A stretch of DNA of 62,971 nucleotides, counting the filler, from Welwitschia mirabilis (lineage: Eukaryota), in assembly GCA_051453625.1 (NCBI GenBank). It is 5 parts of one record of this genome, joined end to end, with 100 filler letters (N's around TTAATTAATTAA, not from the genome) between each part and the next. Parts side by side here need not be neighbours in the genome. Positions count along the whole stretch, not along the records: positions 10,664 to 31,974 come from JBOZIK010000001.1; 4 more parts are not named here. One strand, given 5' to 3'. Each line of letters opens with the position of its first letter. The first letter of the stretch is position 1. The position numbers were made by a program, and so were the translations under genes. Under the pieces are notes generated by a model. That model ran no database searches. It saw only the letters and a program-made list of their open reading frames with translations, and had not been told where the DNA came from. Shown here in pieces: positions 10,890-24,620 of this stretch.

Positions 10890-13269
10890 CAAGCTGCCTG
10901 AAAACATCAAGTACCATGTCCTTTGTTTTGATAGGAGAAACCCAAATTTTATGACTAAAAACATCAATAAACATGACAACTTCTTGTGAACCAAGAAGAA
11001 AGCAGAGATTAATAAGGCCAACTACACCAAAGTAGATGAGTCTTAGTTTATTACTACTTCTAAGAAGTTTATTTCTTTTGAAATTAACTCTATGCAACTT
11101 TCCAACTTCAAAATCCTTACAAAAATCAAGGCAAAAACAAACAAAGGAATTTAGATTGAAGTACCTTTAGTTTAGGTTGTCCAATGTGCCCGAAACATCT
11201 ATGCCACAATTTCAGGTTTTTTGTAATAGCAACAACTTCTCCCTATATAAATGGAACCCGCTTTGGTCCTTTTCAAAACCATCATAAAATCATTGTTGAC
11301 CTTCTATGCACTATTAGGAGGTGAAAGCTTGCACCCTAACTCATTAAATTGCCCAACAAATAGCAAATTCTTAGTAATTTTTGGACCCTACTTGACATTC
11401 CTAACTATTAATTGTTTTCCATCCTATTGTTTCAATACAATTTGAAACCCCTTGCTATCTCCAACACAAACCACTCTAGACAAATATGCTTCTTACAAAC
11501 TAAAGCATTTATAGTTTGACAAATATGAAAAAAAGCATTACTATCTACTATCCAAACATCTCTCAAATCTTGGGTTACATTTGCCATTAAATCTAGGCAA
11601 ATAGACATCAAACCTGCATCTCCATGTGAATGGTTTGAATTGATAGGTTCTTTTGATTTCGTTCCTATTGTTAGGTTTTTCTATTTTCTTCTTATAGAAC
11701 CAACATTCGAAGTTTCTACCTCAAGAAGCTCCTTTGCTTCTACTATGTTCATGTCCTCTCCCTCTATTTATGAAAATGCCCTCTCCTAACAACAAAAGCT
11801 TCACCAGTAGAGTCCAGTGTCCTAGTGTTTTTTGCATCCAACAACTTCAAAATAATTGTATTGATGGTAGAGTTTTCAAAGTAGCCATAAAGGTAGTATA
11901 AACTGTCATCCATGAATTCATCAGTGAACTAAGAATAACAACTACCCTAAGATCTTGTTCCTATTTTATGCCCAAGTCATTGAGTTGAGCAAACAAATTG
12001 TTCATCTCATCTAGATGACTCTACAACGGGTTCCTTTCCATCATCTTTATTTTGAAAATCTTATTGTTTATTCTAGTGGGCTAGGCATGTTTTTTGTTTA
12101 GTGTTTTCCAAAGGATGTCACTCTTCATGATTCCTCTATACACATTTAATAATTGAGTTCCAAAATGAGGACAAATATATCCAATTGCTTTCCTATTAAG
12201 CTTGTTCCATTCCTCATCCAAATACTTTTTCAATCAGTTTTCATCTGATAAATTAGAAGCCACCTTTGCTTCATTCTTTGGATGTAAAACAATGTTGCAG
12301 TCTTTCAAGTAAAGAAAATCTTTCATCAAGGTTTTCTAGTTACCCTAGACATTTACTCTAACCAACCTATCCATCATTTACAAGTGTTTCGTCTCTAGTA
12401 GCTTCATTTACAAGCTTTGCTCATAAGAAATCAAGATTACCAACAAGCCCTAACATAGGTCCTTTGACACCACTAATATGAAAAAAGTCAAGGATGAAGC
12501 AAGAGAGTGAAAAACAAACAACCAAACAAACAATATAATAAGGTGTGGGCCCTTTTTACCTTCCTTCTTTGAACCAGCATAGAGCTCTTTTAAACCAATA
12601 ATCACAAGGAACACAACTTGTTCCTCTAACTTAAGTTATAACCCATGTGCAAGAATGCAAATTGACTCCAACCACAACCACACCCTTATAGGAAAACCCA
12701 AGGCCCCCTTTATAACAATCAGGTTTAACGAAAAACCCCAAAATAACATTGACCCCACACCTTTATTATCAAAGCAAAAATATAAGGTTTAGCCTCATAA
12801 TAACTAATAGGAGATCCCTTGAATTCATTACTCTCTAGAAGCATAACCTAGGAGGAAGCACTTAGTCCAACTTCTCACATTTTTAAATCCTTCAAAGTGG
12901 GGGTGATAGTTAGACTTAGCATAAAGCAATGTTTCAAAGATAATTAATTTGACTTGGTCATTGTTTAATTAAATAATGAGTAGTGGCCATCTAGGCAACT
13001 ACTCACCTCAAACTTCACAAGTTGACTTTTCTTCAGTTGGCCCCACTAATTTTGCTAACAAACAGGTGAGAGTTACCTAATGATGACCAAACAACTAATC
13101 GTCTAACTTTGGCAGCCAATGGACAATTAGTCTTCCATTGACAATCATAGATTAGGAAATGACACATCTTTGTAAGATATCTCCATGCATACCTCCTATA
13201 GATTGGATTGTTGCTAATTCTTAACCATAAACCAAAGTGCACAATTCATTTATATATACCAAACTTGCT

Positions 13270-14277
13270 CAATCTTTTATTATTCATGCTAACACTATAG
13301 TAGTAATTACAAAGGGGGTTTGATAATTAGATGCATGTGATCATATTCGTGATATCGATCTTGATGCTAAGGATGGATGAATAAACTTTTAACTTCACCT
13401 ACACATCTCAGCTCCACTTTCACATGCTACTCCTAACGATGTATTATTCAGTTCTTTTAAAGGGTATGGAAATGATGTAGATAATCTAGAGTCATCGGAT
13501 CCCTAGTTCACTATTAAGGAATTTGTTGTTTCTTGAATCACGAGTATTAATGCACAAACAAGAGACAACTCTCTTGATCACACTCTGCAAATAGTCTGCC
13601 ACTTTAACCATACAGAGATGCATATGCTTATCAACAATGGTATCAAAAGAAGCTAGATGTTCAAAAGATGACAACATCTAGAGAGGGTTCATTTTGTAAC
13701 TTAGGAGGGCTAGAGGGTTTAGGGCATTTTAATTAGTGTTCTATTTGATTGGCCTCATTTTTTATGCACCTTTAACCTCTGTTAGTGTTCTAAACTTGTA
13801 TTATATTTATGTACTAGATTGTTAATGTTATGGGCCTTGTAAACTTGAGTAGTTTCATTCTATAAACATGGGTTCATTTCTATTATGTGCTTTATTTTAT
13901 TAGTAATTAGTACTTATAACAATTATATGTTTGGCAGTTTTGGTTACTCTGAGATGGCATAGGAACTACTAATCAAATGTTTCATCTCATATGAAATTTT
14001 TATTCATTACAATGGTTATAATATAAAATCATATGCACTTTTGAGCAATCCCTTTTTTTTTAATGTGATACTATAATGCAAAATATTTGTGAAAATGCCT
14101 TTTGAATATTTGTATATATAAATGTTAAAAGACACTTCAATAAATACTTATTTTATGCATTTTTTAGTTCTGTCTAATGCACTGACTAGTCTTCAACTAG
14201 CTGACTAAGTCTAATTTTGGAAGTTGCCAACTAAATAAATAGTAGACTTTGTAGGTGACTTTAGCCTCAACAACATG
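13270..14277 (+). mobile_element. Possible right-end remnant of a hAT-like element
   Basis: GACTAG/GACTAA subterminal motifs at 14180-14260 and a terminal ...CAACAACATG. No left end or TSD identified; the left coordinate is a guess. Confidence 0.3.
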
Positions 14278-14624
14278 ATAATGGATATCCTGTGATCAAA
14301 CAAGATATGGATTAGTGTTCCATAGACAAGGGGCCAGCCAACATATGTTTGTTGTTGAAACACTTCTGCAAACAATGATTTTAGAACAAAAGGACAATGT
14401 TCATCAATCGTTTAACCTAGAATGTTGGCAGACAACTTTCATCACTTCAATTCTATTCTGTGATAGCTGCTAAAAAATTACTTTGCTTGTAGACAGACTC
14501 AGTCTCCAATTTTAGGCTTGCTAAATCTGGTCAATTGCCACTTTGAGCTAATATACCAACTGTCGCGGTAGACTATTTTCAAAAGAGCATGCATGACATG
14601 AATTAGTTATTTTAACTATTAGTT

Positions 14625-14904
14625 GGAGAAAAGGAACCTCGTTGAGGGGTTTAGAAAAAAGGGGAACAACATTAAAGGGCATAGGAAAAGGATACCTTTT
14701 AGGGGTTTGGACAAGAGGAAGACATCATTAAAGGGCCAAAAAGTTACAAGGATCCCATCAAGGGACATAAGAAAATAAGCACCCCATTATCAAGCCAAGG
14801 AAAAGCGAATCTTGTTCGGGATTTAAGAAAGGGAAAATGTCATTAAGGGGATAAGAAAAATAGAACCCTATTGGGGAGGGAGGAAGAGAAAAAGAGAACC
14901 CTAT
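14625..14904. repeat. Degenerate purine-rich tandem array, unit about 28-30 bp (left part)
   Basis: Recurring unit resembling GGAACC(C/T)T(A/G)TTA(A/G)GGG(G/A)TAAGAAAAA. It continues at 18616-18900 beyond the gypsy insertion. Confidence 0.65.
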
Positions 14905-17900
14905 TAATAAAAATCCCGTTAATCCTGTTATTTTATGACTATCAGTCTTCCATTAATTATGTTGTCAGTTCATGTTAATTATCCATGTTATTTTGTGATT
15001 GTTAGTGTCCCGTTAATTATGCTATTAGTTTATGCTAATCATTCAAGCTATTTTGTGACTCTCAATGTCTCATTAACTATGTAATCAATTTGTGTTACTT
15101 GTTTCCTATTGAGTCTGGTCAGAGTTCTATATATTGTGGATGTTGTACGACTTACTAGCATCGAAGTGGTCATTCCCAAATTAGAATTTCTTAATCCTCA
15201 ATATTTTTTCCATTTCTAAAATAAAACCCTAAGGGTTTTATCATCTAGTATCAAAGCGACTAACCTACAACTCTTAGGTTCTTGTGGGTGTTATTAACCC
15301 ATATCCTAAAGAAAGATCTTGGAATCATTGATCTCTACTCTTACATGATGGCTCTAGAAAAATCTATGGAATCTAAGATTGAAGCTTTGAGGGAAGAGTT
15401 TGACAAAAGGTTTGAAGATCTTAAAGCATCTATTTCTCAGATTATTAAGGAATCATATAGGAAAGATGGACAAGACACTCCTTCTCCATCTATTGTCTAA
15501 GGAGAGCATCCAAAAGTCTGAGAACAAGGCTCTCAAGGAGAACGCAATATAGGTCTTTCCATATGACGATGGAGTTTCCTCATTGGCAAGCAGGAGCTCC
15601 TACAGGTTGGAGTTCCAGGGCTGAAAATTTTTTTCCATTTCCACCATGCACCAAAAGCTTTCAAGGTTGAGGTAGCTATCATTAATCTAAATGGGGATGT
15701 GATACAATGATATGATTGGATTTAGTCACACCATGAAGTCCCTACTTGGGAGGAGTTTGTTGATGGTCTGCTTCTTAGATTTGAGCCAACAAAATTCAAG
15801 AATGTGGATGGTGAGTTGGTAGAGATTCACCAACCTACAATTGTTTTGGAGTATGAAAGCCAATTTGAATCACTATCAAATCAGGCACGAGACTAGACTG
15901 AAAGGCAATGGATGGGGAAATTTATTCAAGGCCTCCATTCTAATAGTCATCATGAAGTCAAGGCTTATAAGCCATGAATTATGACTACTATGATCTCCTT
16001 TGCATGCCTATAGGAGGGGAAGTTGGGTGAGGAAAATAAATGCGCAAGTAAAGAAGCAAGCAAACAACTTGTCAACGGAACTAGTTCATCATTTGCTCCT
16101 TCCTACAATGCTCCTGCCAAACACTTGTCACAAGAAGAACTTAAGGAGGAAACATCAAAAATCTTATGTTGGCACTATGACGAAAAATGGCATAAAGGAT
16201 ATTGTTGTAAGTAGGGTAGACTCCATACCATTAAGCCAATGGAGTGCAAAGAAGAAGCAGAGGACAATTTTTGAGATTTAGATTCAGCAGTTATGGAAAC
16301 TGGAGGTAATGATAATTTTACTACAATTTTTGTTCATGCCTTGGCTGGGTATTCAACCCTCCCGACTATGAGGATTAATGGATTCCTTAAACGCCAGCCT
16401 ATTACTGTTTTAATTGATATGAGTGGGGCAAATAATTTTTGGAAAAGTGTGATAAATTTGATGTAAATGTTGTTGATCTGGGAATTCTAACTTGTGAAAA
16501 GAAGTGCTCCAAGGTAAAGTTCATTATGCAGGATCAAGAATTATTTGTTGATTTTTTCTTACTAGCATTGGAAGACTATGAAGTGGTTTTGGGAATTGAG
16601 TGGCTACAGACACTAAGAGATCTTGCTTGGAATTTTTCCAAGTTGATTATGAAATTCATAGTAGATGAGAAAAGGGTCATTCTTGAGAGGAAGTAATGTG
16701 TTAATTTCACTACCATTAGCAACCATCATATGAAGCAGCAAAAATGGGTGACTAAATTATTGGGCTATGATTATGAAATTATCTATAAAAGGAGGGCTGA
16801 AAATGTGGTGGGTGATGCACTCTCTCGTATCCCTAAGCATGCTAAAATAGTGGCCATATCAATTAAAATATGCAATACATTGGACAAAATTCGAAAGGAG
16901 TGGTTAAAAGATTCAGAGATTTAGAAAATTATCAGAAGATTGCAAGAAGATCCATTGTGAATTCCATATTTTGCTTGGGATTCTGTTAACCTACACTATA
17001 AAGGCAAGATTGTGTTACTAGCAAATTGCAAGAATTATGTGGATCATTTGTCGTTGGTCACTCTAGGTTTCTTCACAGTTATAAACGCATCTCTCAAGAA
17101 TTTTATTGGACAGGAATGAAGAAAGAAATAAAAACATTTGTTGTTGAATGTGATGTGTGCCAATGCCATAAGGGTGAAACGATGGCCAACCTAGGTCTTC
17201 TCCAGCCTTTTCCTATTCTAGAAGAAGTGTGGAGTTGTATATCCATGGACTTTGTAGAAGGGCTTCCACCATGTCAAAGGTAAAACAACTATTTTTATAG
17301 TAGTTGATCGTTTGACAAAATATGCCCCTTTTGTGCTATAGCTCATCCTTGTATTGCTATCACTATTGCTTGAACTTTTGTTGAAAATATTGCCAAGCTC
17401 CATGGCATTCCATAGTCTATTGTGAGTAACATGGATAAAGTCTTTACCTGCAATTTTTGGAAGGAGCTTTTTCATTTGCAGGACACACAATTAAATATGA
17501 GTACCTCATATCACCCACAAATAAATGTGTAGACTGAAGTTGTTAATTGTTGTCTAGAGATTTATGTCTATTGTTTTGCAAATGACAAGCCTAAAGATTG
17601 GGTACGGTGGCTTCCTTAGGCAACATGGTGGTACAATACCACTTACATCTCATCAACACAATTGACTCCCTTTCAGGCTATTTACGGGAGAGCTCCACCC
17701 ATCCTTACTAAATACATAGTTGGATCTTCCAAGCTTGATAAGGTGGAGAGGGAATCACAGGAGAGGGACAAGTGGCTACAACTATTAAAGGAAATTCTTC
17801 TGGCACCCTAAGGCTACATGAAACAGTAGGCTAATAAGCATTGTAGCATGTGAGAATTTTGAGTGGAAGATTGGGTTTTCCTTAGGCTACAACCTTATAA

Positions 17901-18615
17901 TCCAATATCTATCAGTAATATCGTCAATGAAATTATCCCCTATATTTTTTGGGCCTTACAAAGTATTGAAGCACATTGGTGTTGTTGCTTATTGCCTTGA
18001 ATTACCAATAGGTTTTAAAATACACCTAGCCTTTCATGTTTCCTGTCTAAAGAAAAAATTGGGGTAGGATGTCATTGTGGGAAGGAACTTGGGAGGATGT
18101 TTTCTTTGGAAGATGCAACTTGGGAGCCTTATTATTCCTTGAAGGAGAGATTTCCAGAGTTTGTTGCTACCTCGCCTTGAGGACATGGGTGTTTTAAAGG
18201 AGGGGGGATGATAAGAATCCCACAAATCATGCTATTTTGTGACTATCAGTGTCCCATTAATTATGCTATCAGTTTGTGTTACTTATTCATGTCATTTTGT
18301 GATTGTCAGTGTCTAGTTAATTATGCTATGAATTTATGTTAGTTACTCATACTATTTTGTGGTTGTCAGTGTCCTGTTACTTATGTTGTCAGTTTATGTT
18401 AATTCTTTCCTATTGAGCCTGGTTGGAGTTCTCTACATTGTAGATGTAGTATGACTTATTGGCATGGAATAAGTTTGATTCTTGTCTTTGGAGGTTAATC
18501 ACCCTCGAGGTGATTATTACAAATGAGACCCCTCGAAGTGGTCATTCCCAAATTTCTTCTTCTTGATCCTCAATTTCTTTTCTATTTATAAAATAAAATC
18601 CTAGGGGTTTTATTA
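14905..18615 (+). mobile_element. Ty3/gypsy chromovirus-like LTR retrotransposon lacking RT and most of RNaseH
   Basis: 5-bp TSD CCTAT (14900-14904, 18616-18620). LTRs 14905-15243 and 18209-18615. PBS-like TAGTATCAAAGC at 15246 and PPT AAAGGAGGGGGGA before 18209. Domain order is gag, protease (VVLGIEWLQTL), QQKWVTKLLGY, integrase (GH...CDVCQ...SMDFVEGLP), GPY, chromodomain-like EDATWE. Confidence 0.92.
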
Positions 18616-18900
18616 CCTATTATGGGGTCAAGAAAAAGGAAACCATGTTAGGGGGTTAAGAACAAGAGAACTCTACTAGGAAGTTAAGAAAAAGGAAGCC
18701 CCCAACAAAAAAAACGTTGTTAAAGGACAAAAGGCTAAGAGGACTCTATTGAAGGGGAAGAAGCAAGGAAAAAAGTTCCCATTTAGGGAAATGAGAAAAA
18801 TAGAACCTTGTTATAGGGTTAAGGAAATGGAAACCTTGTTAGGGGATAAGAAAAAGTTACCCACTTCAGAAGAAAAGTGGCCCTATTAATGGAGAAGAGA
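18616..18900. repeat. Degenerate purine-rich tandem array (right part)
   Basis: Units such as GAAACCATGTTAGGGGGTTAAGAACAA and GAAACCTTGTTAGGGGATAAGAAAAA. Confidence 0.6.
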
Positions 18901-19458
18901 AGGAAGAAACAAGTTTGGGGAACACATGCCACACAAGAAAAGCAAAGAAGAAGGGTGTCCCCCACCCAAGAAGTAAAGCTTTACTATAAAGGAGGGACCA
19001 TACTTGAGGAAGAAAAGAATAGGTAAACAGAAAGATGAAAGGTAAAGAAGGAGGCACCACACCTAAGAAAAGAAGAACAAGAAGTTAAAACTAAGAAGGA
19101 AGGTTCGCAGTGAAAGGAAAACAAGCTATCAATAAGCAGGAAAAGGAACGAGAGAAGGGAGGGAGGAGGAAGCTTAAAGTGTAGGGAAGAACGAAAGGTG
19201 TCAAGAGGGGCAAGAAAGAAAACATTCACCAAAGGCACAAAAAATGTTGTCCAGAGGAAAGATTAGCATGAGTACCTAGGTGTCTTCTGCTAGGGAAAGC
19301 ATCACAAAATCCATCATCTTCAAATATCAAAAGGCCTAGCAACAAGTATTTAGCATTTTAGACCTTGACTTAGCATTTCTTTGATGCAACCACTCTCTCT
19401 TAGACCTCAAGGACTATAGGCATTCTGCAAGAGTCAGCTCCTTCTGAATGGCTAATTT

Positions 19459-22400
19459 CGTTTATCAGCAAAGAAAGGAGGACAAAAAAACAAAAAAAAA
19501 AACACAAAAACACACAAAAGTTTTATGTGGGAACCCTAACATAAGGAAAAACAACAAAAAGAAAAACGCAAAAGAACACAAACAATTTATGTGGAAACCC
19601 TAATGTAAGTAAAAACCACAGGAAGTAGGTAGAGCTCTTAGTATCTAAAGAAATCAACTCATCAAATTGAAAGCCTTATACAAAAGGTTTTAAATAGCAT
19701 CCCCACCCTAAAAACCCTAAAACCCACTTAGGGTTTACAAGCCCCTTTTAGTAACATTTTTTCCTATATATAAATAACACGCTACCCCCAACATGTTTTT
19801 ATAGCCACAACCATTACAACATTGGGTACAACTTTGAAACATAAAATGGGGATCGCATATGAACAATAAAATATTACAAATTTGTCTTCACACACAACAT
19901 TCTCCCATTTGAAAATAAATTTCAGCTTTAAGGGATGCCTACTTCCAAGCCTCTAGATTACACTCCCAAACCAACTCTATCATAGCAAGTCTTCTAGTTT
20001 GTGCCACCCAAATTTTATTCAAGAAACGTGCAAGATTCATGTGCATGTAAATCCTTTGAACATCTAGCTCCTCTATCAATTGCCTACTTGATAAAATAAT
20101 GTTTGATGTGAATATGCTTTGTTCTAGCATAGTGCAAAAAGTTCTTTAATGCATGTATGGAACTTTGGCTATCACAATGCATAATAAACTTGATTAACCA
20201 AGTCTGAGTCAACTAATAAAATCATGCAGCCACAACATCTCTTTGGAAGTTTCTATGAAAGCAACATACTCTGCTTTCCAACTGGAGACAACTACACTTG
20301 ACTACAAACAAGACATCCAAGTAATAGCTCCACCCGTAAGTGTTAAAAATGCCTTGTAATACATCTTCTGGTGTCCTTGCAACCAACATAACTAGCATCC
20401 ACACGCCCTATAACATGCAAATCCAATCTGCCAAAGCACAAACTCATATGTTAAGCTTCCTTCAAGTAGCAAAGAATCAACTTTATAGCTTCACAGTGCT
20501 CCTTACTAGGATTACACATAAAGCAAGAAACAACTCTCATTGCATAAGCAATATCTAGTCTACTGCAAACCCTAGCATACGTCAAGCTTTCAATAGCTAG
20601 TGTATAAGGCAAGCCTATCGTATCTGCCTTGTCCTTTTCTAAAGTAGGACAACCCTAGTGAGACAAGTAGGAATGCGTAGGAAGAGGAGTACAATCACAT
20701 ATACAATTCGAAATGTTAAAACATTTCAAGACTTTACCAATATATTCATTTTGGCTCAAGTGTTTAACCATAACCTATAACATGAATCATCTCTCACAAT
20801 CATCATTCCAAGGATTTGTTTTGCTAGTCCAATATCTTTAGTAGCAAAGTCTACATTTCATACTTTAGTTTTTTGATTTCTTTCATGTGATTTCCAATAT
20901 CCAACATGTCATCAACATAACAGCATCAGAATGACAATTTTATATAAAGCATTTCTGTGAAATAAACACAATGATAATAGTCACCTTTGGAGTATCCCTG
21001 CTTTTACATACAAGCATCAAATTTCTTGCATCATTGATGAGGGGTTGCTTTAAGCCATAAAGAGACCTTTTCAACCTACAAATCAAATTTTTAGATTCTA
21101 CTTCCAATCCCTCTAGTGTATCCATATAAATCTCTTTTTCTAAACCATCATGTAGAGAGTTGTCTTAATATCTAACTACTCCAACTCCAAATTCAAACAA
21201 GCAATCCTAATAAGCAAAAAATGGATAGTCGATAGATGTATACTTCATAATAAGTGAGAAAAAATTTAGTAAAATCTATACCTAGTTTTTGACTAAACTG
21301 TTTCACAATGAACATTTCCTTGTAATAAGTTCACATCTACTTCATGCTTAATGACATAGAAACATCTCGATTTTAAAGGTGTCTTCCCTTTAGGCAAGGG
21401 AAGGAAATCTCAAGAGTGATTTTGTTTAGAGGATTTCATTTCTTCTTCTATGGCAACTTTTTGTTTATCAAATTCTGATTAAAAAACAACTTATACCAAA
21501 AAAAAAAAAATCAGTTTCTCCCCTATCTATAAATAATAGATAATGCAAAGGAGAAGAACTTTGAGTTGGTCTAGTGATCTTGGTAGATCTACAAGCCCAA
21601 TGTGTAGCTGCCCACGTTTGATCATGATCAAACTCAGATTTAGAACATGAGCTTCCAATTTTAGGCTAGTTCTGTTTAGGCTGCATTTTCTCTTTTTCAT
21701 CATGCTTATTGTCATCATCTACCTATTTAGGCTTGGGGAAGGTGTGAAGATCAGAACTTCCCTCTTCCAATATTTCACCTATGATCTATAAAACATCATG
21801 TTTTCTCTGAACGTAATTCCACATAATTTGATGGTCCTCCAAGCCACAACATACTAAAGCCTATATCTAAAATTGTCTCCTCCACAACCAAGAAAAGTCA
21901 TTTTTGGACACATTCTTCCAACTTTGCTCTACACCCTACAAACAGACATAAACTTTACATCGAAATACATGCAAGTGGGATAAAGAGAAAGGATGACGAC
22001 TCTAGATAAACTTTGGAATTTCTCCAACCAAATATGAATTTGAAGAATGATTTATCAGGTATGTAGCTTCCTAGCAGCTTCAACTGAAAGTGCGTTAGGG
22101 ATATTTGATTGTACGAACACAGATCGCATCCTCTCAAGAATTATACAATTATAATTTTTGCCAACACCATTATTCAATGGCATTTTTAGTGATGTTCTAA
22201 CATGCACAATTCCTACCTACTTACAAAAATCAGAAAACTCATTAGAGGTGTACGCAACCGCATCATTTGTGACCAAACACTTAATCCTACAATCAGACTC
22301 ATTACACTTTTCTAAATCCTAATTCTTAGAATGCATAACATAAATCCACATCTTTCTACTGCATCTATTAATAAATGTAATAAAATCAGATAACCACCCA

Positions 22401-24620
22401 AAGATAGAATAGACATAGGAATAACAACACTGGAGTAAACGATATCAAGTTTCAAAATCTTCTCATTCAAGACAAATTTCTTAAAAGCAACATGCTTATT
22501 TTTACCTACAGCACAATCATGATAGAGATCTTAAAAAATAGCAGAAAACTTAGGCAACAATTTTTTAGAAACAGGCACCTTCATTTTGGTTTGATACCAC
22601 AAGGAGACATCATCATCAGAAATACCAGCAGCTACACAGCCTTCCACTCCTTATGCTATCAGAGTATACAGTGTGCCTTCCTTCTTTACATGCATGAATG
22701 TCAAGACTTCTTTATTAACCTTCTAGCCGCCATCAGCATGAGTGATCTTATGAACCAAAATCATCAAGTGATCCTAAAGAAATCAGATTCTTAGAAATAC
22801 CAAGAACCTAATACATGCTTCTAAAAGTGACACTTTTGTCCACTATTCTGCTTTAGAACAATAGCTCCAATTCCTTCCACTTTGAGGCNNNNNNNNNNNN
22901 NNNNNNNNNNNNNNNNNNNNNNNNNNNNNNNNNNNNNNNNNNNNNNNNNNNNNNNNNNNNNNNNNNNNNNNNNNNNNNNNNNNNNNNNNNNNNNNNNNNN
23001 NNNNNNNNNNNNNNNNNNNNNNNNNNNNNNNNNNNNNNNNNNNNNNNNNNNNNNNNNNNNNNNNNNNNNNNNNNNNNNNNNNNNNNNNNNNNNNNNNNNN
23101 NNNNNNNNNNNNNNNNNNNNNNNNNNNNNNNNNNNNNNNNNNNNNNNNNNNNNNNNNNNNNNNNNNNNNNNNNNNNNNNNNNNNNNNNNNNNNNNNNNNN
23201 NNNNNNNNNNNNNNNNNNNNNNNNNNNNNNNNNNNNNNNNNNNNNNNNNNNNNNNNNNNNNNNNNNNNNNNNNNNNNNNNNNNNNNNNNNNNNNNNNNNN
23301 NNNNNNNNNNNNNNNNNNNNNNNNNNNNNNNNNNNNNNNNNNNNNNNNNNNNNNNNNNNNNNNNNNNNNNGCTTTAGAACAATAGCTCCAATTCCGTCCA
23401 CTTTGAGGCCCGATCATTGCCTAAAAAGAACTTCACCAAAAATAGTTTTATAGACATCAAGAGTCAAGTACATGGAGACATTGGCATCTCCATCTCTTGC
23501 AATCAAGATAACCGAAACTTCCCCATCTGATTCTTGATGATCATGACCATTATTCTCCTATTTCTCCTCTTTCATCTTATTCTTCAATGCATAACAATAC
23601 CGACACAAGTGACCTTTCTTCTTGCAATACCAACAAATTACTTCAAAAATTACCAATAGGCTTCCCTTTGCTTTTGCTGTGTCCATGTCCAGCTTTTCTT
23701 TTCTGTGAATGTCCCTTCCTCACATTAAGCGCTTCACCGTGAGATTCCCCAAACTTATATTTATTAGTATCCAATAGCTTCAAAACAATACAGTTCAAGC
23801 TACTTAGAGTAGTCAAAGAAATGCTTAATGTGGTACAAACAGTCTCGCATGAATCAAGTAAGAAATCAAGAATTACAATCACCCATAGGTTTTTAGGAAA
23901 TGTCACTTGAAGATCATCCAATAGCAAGACCAGACCATTCATGTCTTCGCAGTGCGTTTGCAATGAAGATTCCTCTCTCATCTTCATCTTAAAAAGTCTA
24001 TTGATCATATAATATTGTTTCATACCAAGTGGTTGATGGTATATTTGCTTTAGAGCCTCCCAAAGTTCATGTGTTACCTATAGCTTGTCATGAGATTGAA
24101 TAACAACTTGCTCAGGGATGGAATGATTAGTGACATAGCTTGCTTATTTTGCTTATTTCATTTGTCATCTAGGATCTCCTTATCCCACTCTACCATCTTT
24201 CCATGCTTCCTCCAGTGGCCAGTGCATGGGACTATCGACAAATTCTTGTAAAATAATCCTCATGTAGCAAACCCTTATGCTTCAATCCACAACTAGGAGT
24301 TCTAATACCACTTGTTATAAGATCAATGAGAAAAACACAAAAACACATAAAAGATTCATGTGGAACCCAAAAGCAAGGAAAAAAACCACAAGAAGCGAAT
24401 AGGGCTCTTATTATCTTAAAAAATCAACTCATTGTACCAAATCCTTACATGCAAGGCTTTAAATAGCATCGATAGCCCAAAAACCCTAAGACCCAATTCG
24501 GGTTTGCAACCTTGTGGTTTAATACTGACAACCACTAACAACATGGGGTACAATTTTAAGACATAAAAAGGGGATATGAGATGGACAATAAAATATTACA
24601 ACTTCATCTTCACACAGAAC
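19459..24620 (-). mobile_element. Degenerate full-length Ty1/copia element with two diverged LTRs
   Basis: LTRs at about 19459-19899 and 24313-24620 share ATGTGGAA(A)CCC...GGAAAAA...CCACA and ACAATAAAATATTACAA...TCTTCACACA. PBS complement TTCTAATACCA near 24300-24310 and PPT complement TTCTCCCATTT at 19900. gag ORF 23643-24023 and RT motif CRLKRSLYGLKQ (ORF 20940-21125). No TSD seen. Confidence 0.88.

Larger units (their letters stand above)
7598..12880 (-). mobile_element. Old, highly degenerate Ty1/copia element (gag-IN-RT-RNaseH remnants, PBS, 5' LTR)
   Basis: STTRYVFTFGGGVVS (RNaseH, ORF 7917-8150); LLYVDDMIV-like RT motif near 8600-8620; QQNGVAE integrase motif near 10340-10360; degenerate PBS complement (CTTTGACACCA) near 12461-12472, followed by LTR-like sequence. 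Many stops and frameshifts. Confidence 0.8.

Noticed and set aside
10686..11097. ORFs of 111 and 134 aa with SLSL/YIYI runs
   Set aside because: Translation of (GA)n/(TA)n microsatellite fused to a copia integrase remnant.
22850..23408. Direct repeats flanking N gaps (also around 56743, 57084 and 62615)
   Set aside because: Identical or near-identical sequence on both sides of a gap indicates unmerged overlapping contig ends. The poly-X ORFs over gaps are meaningless.
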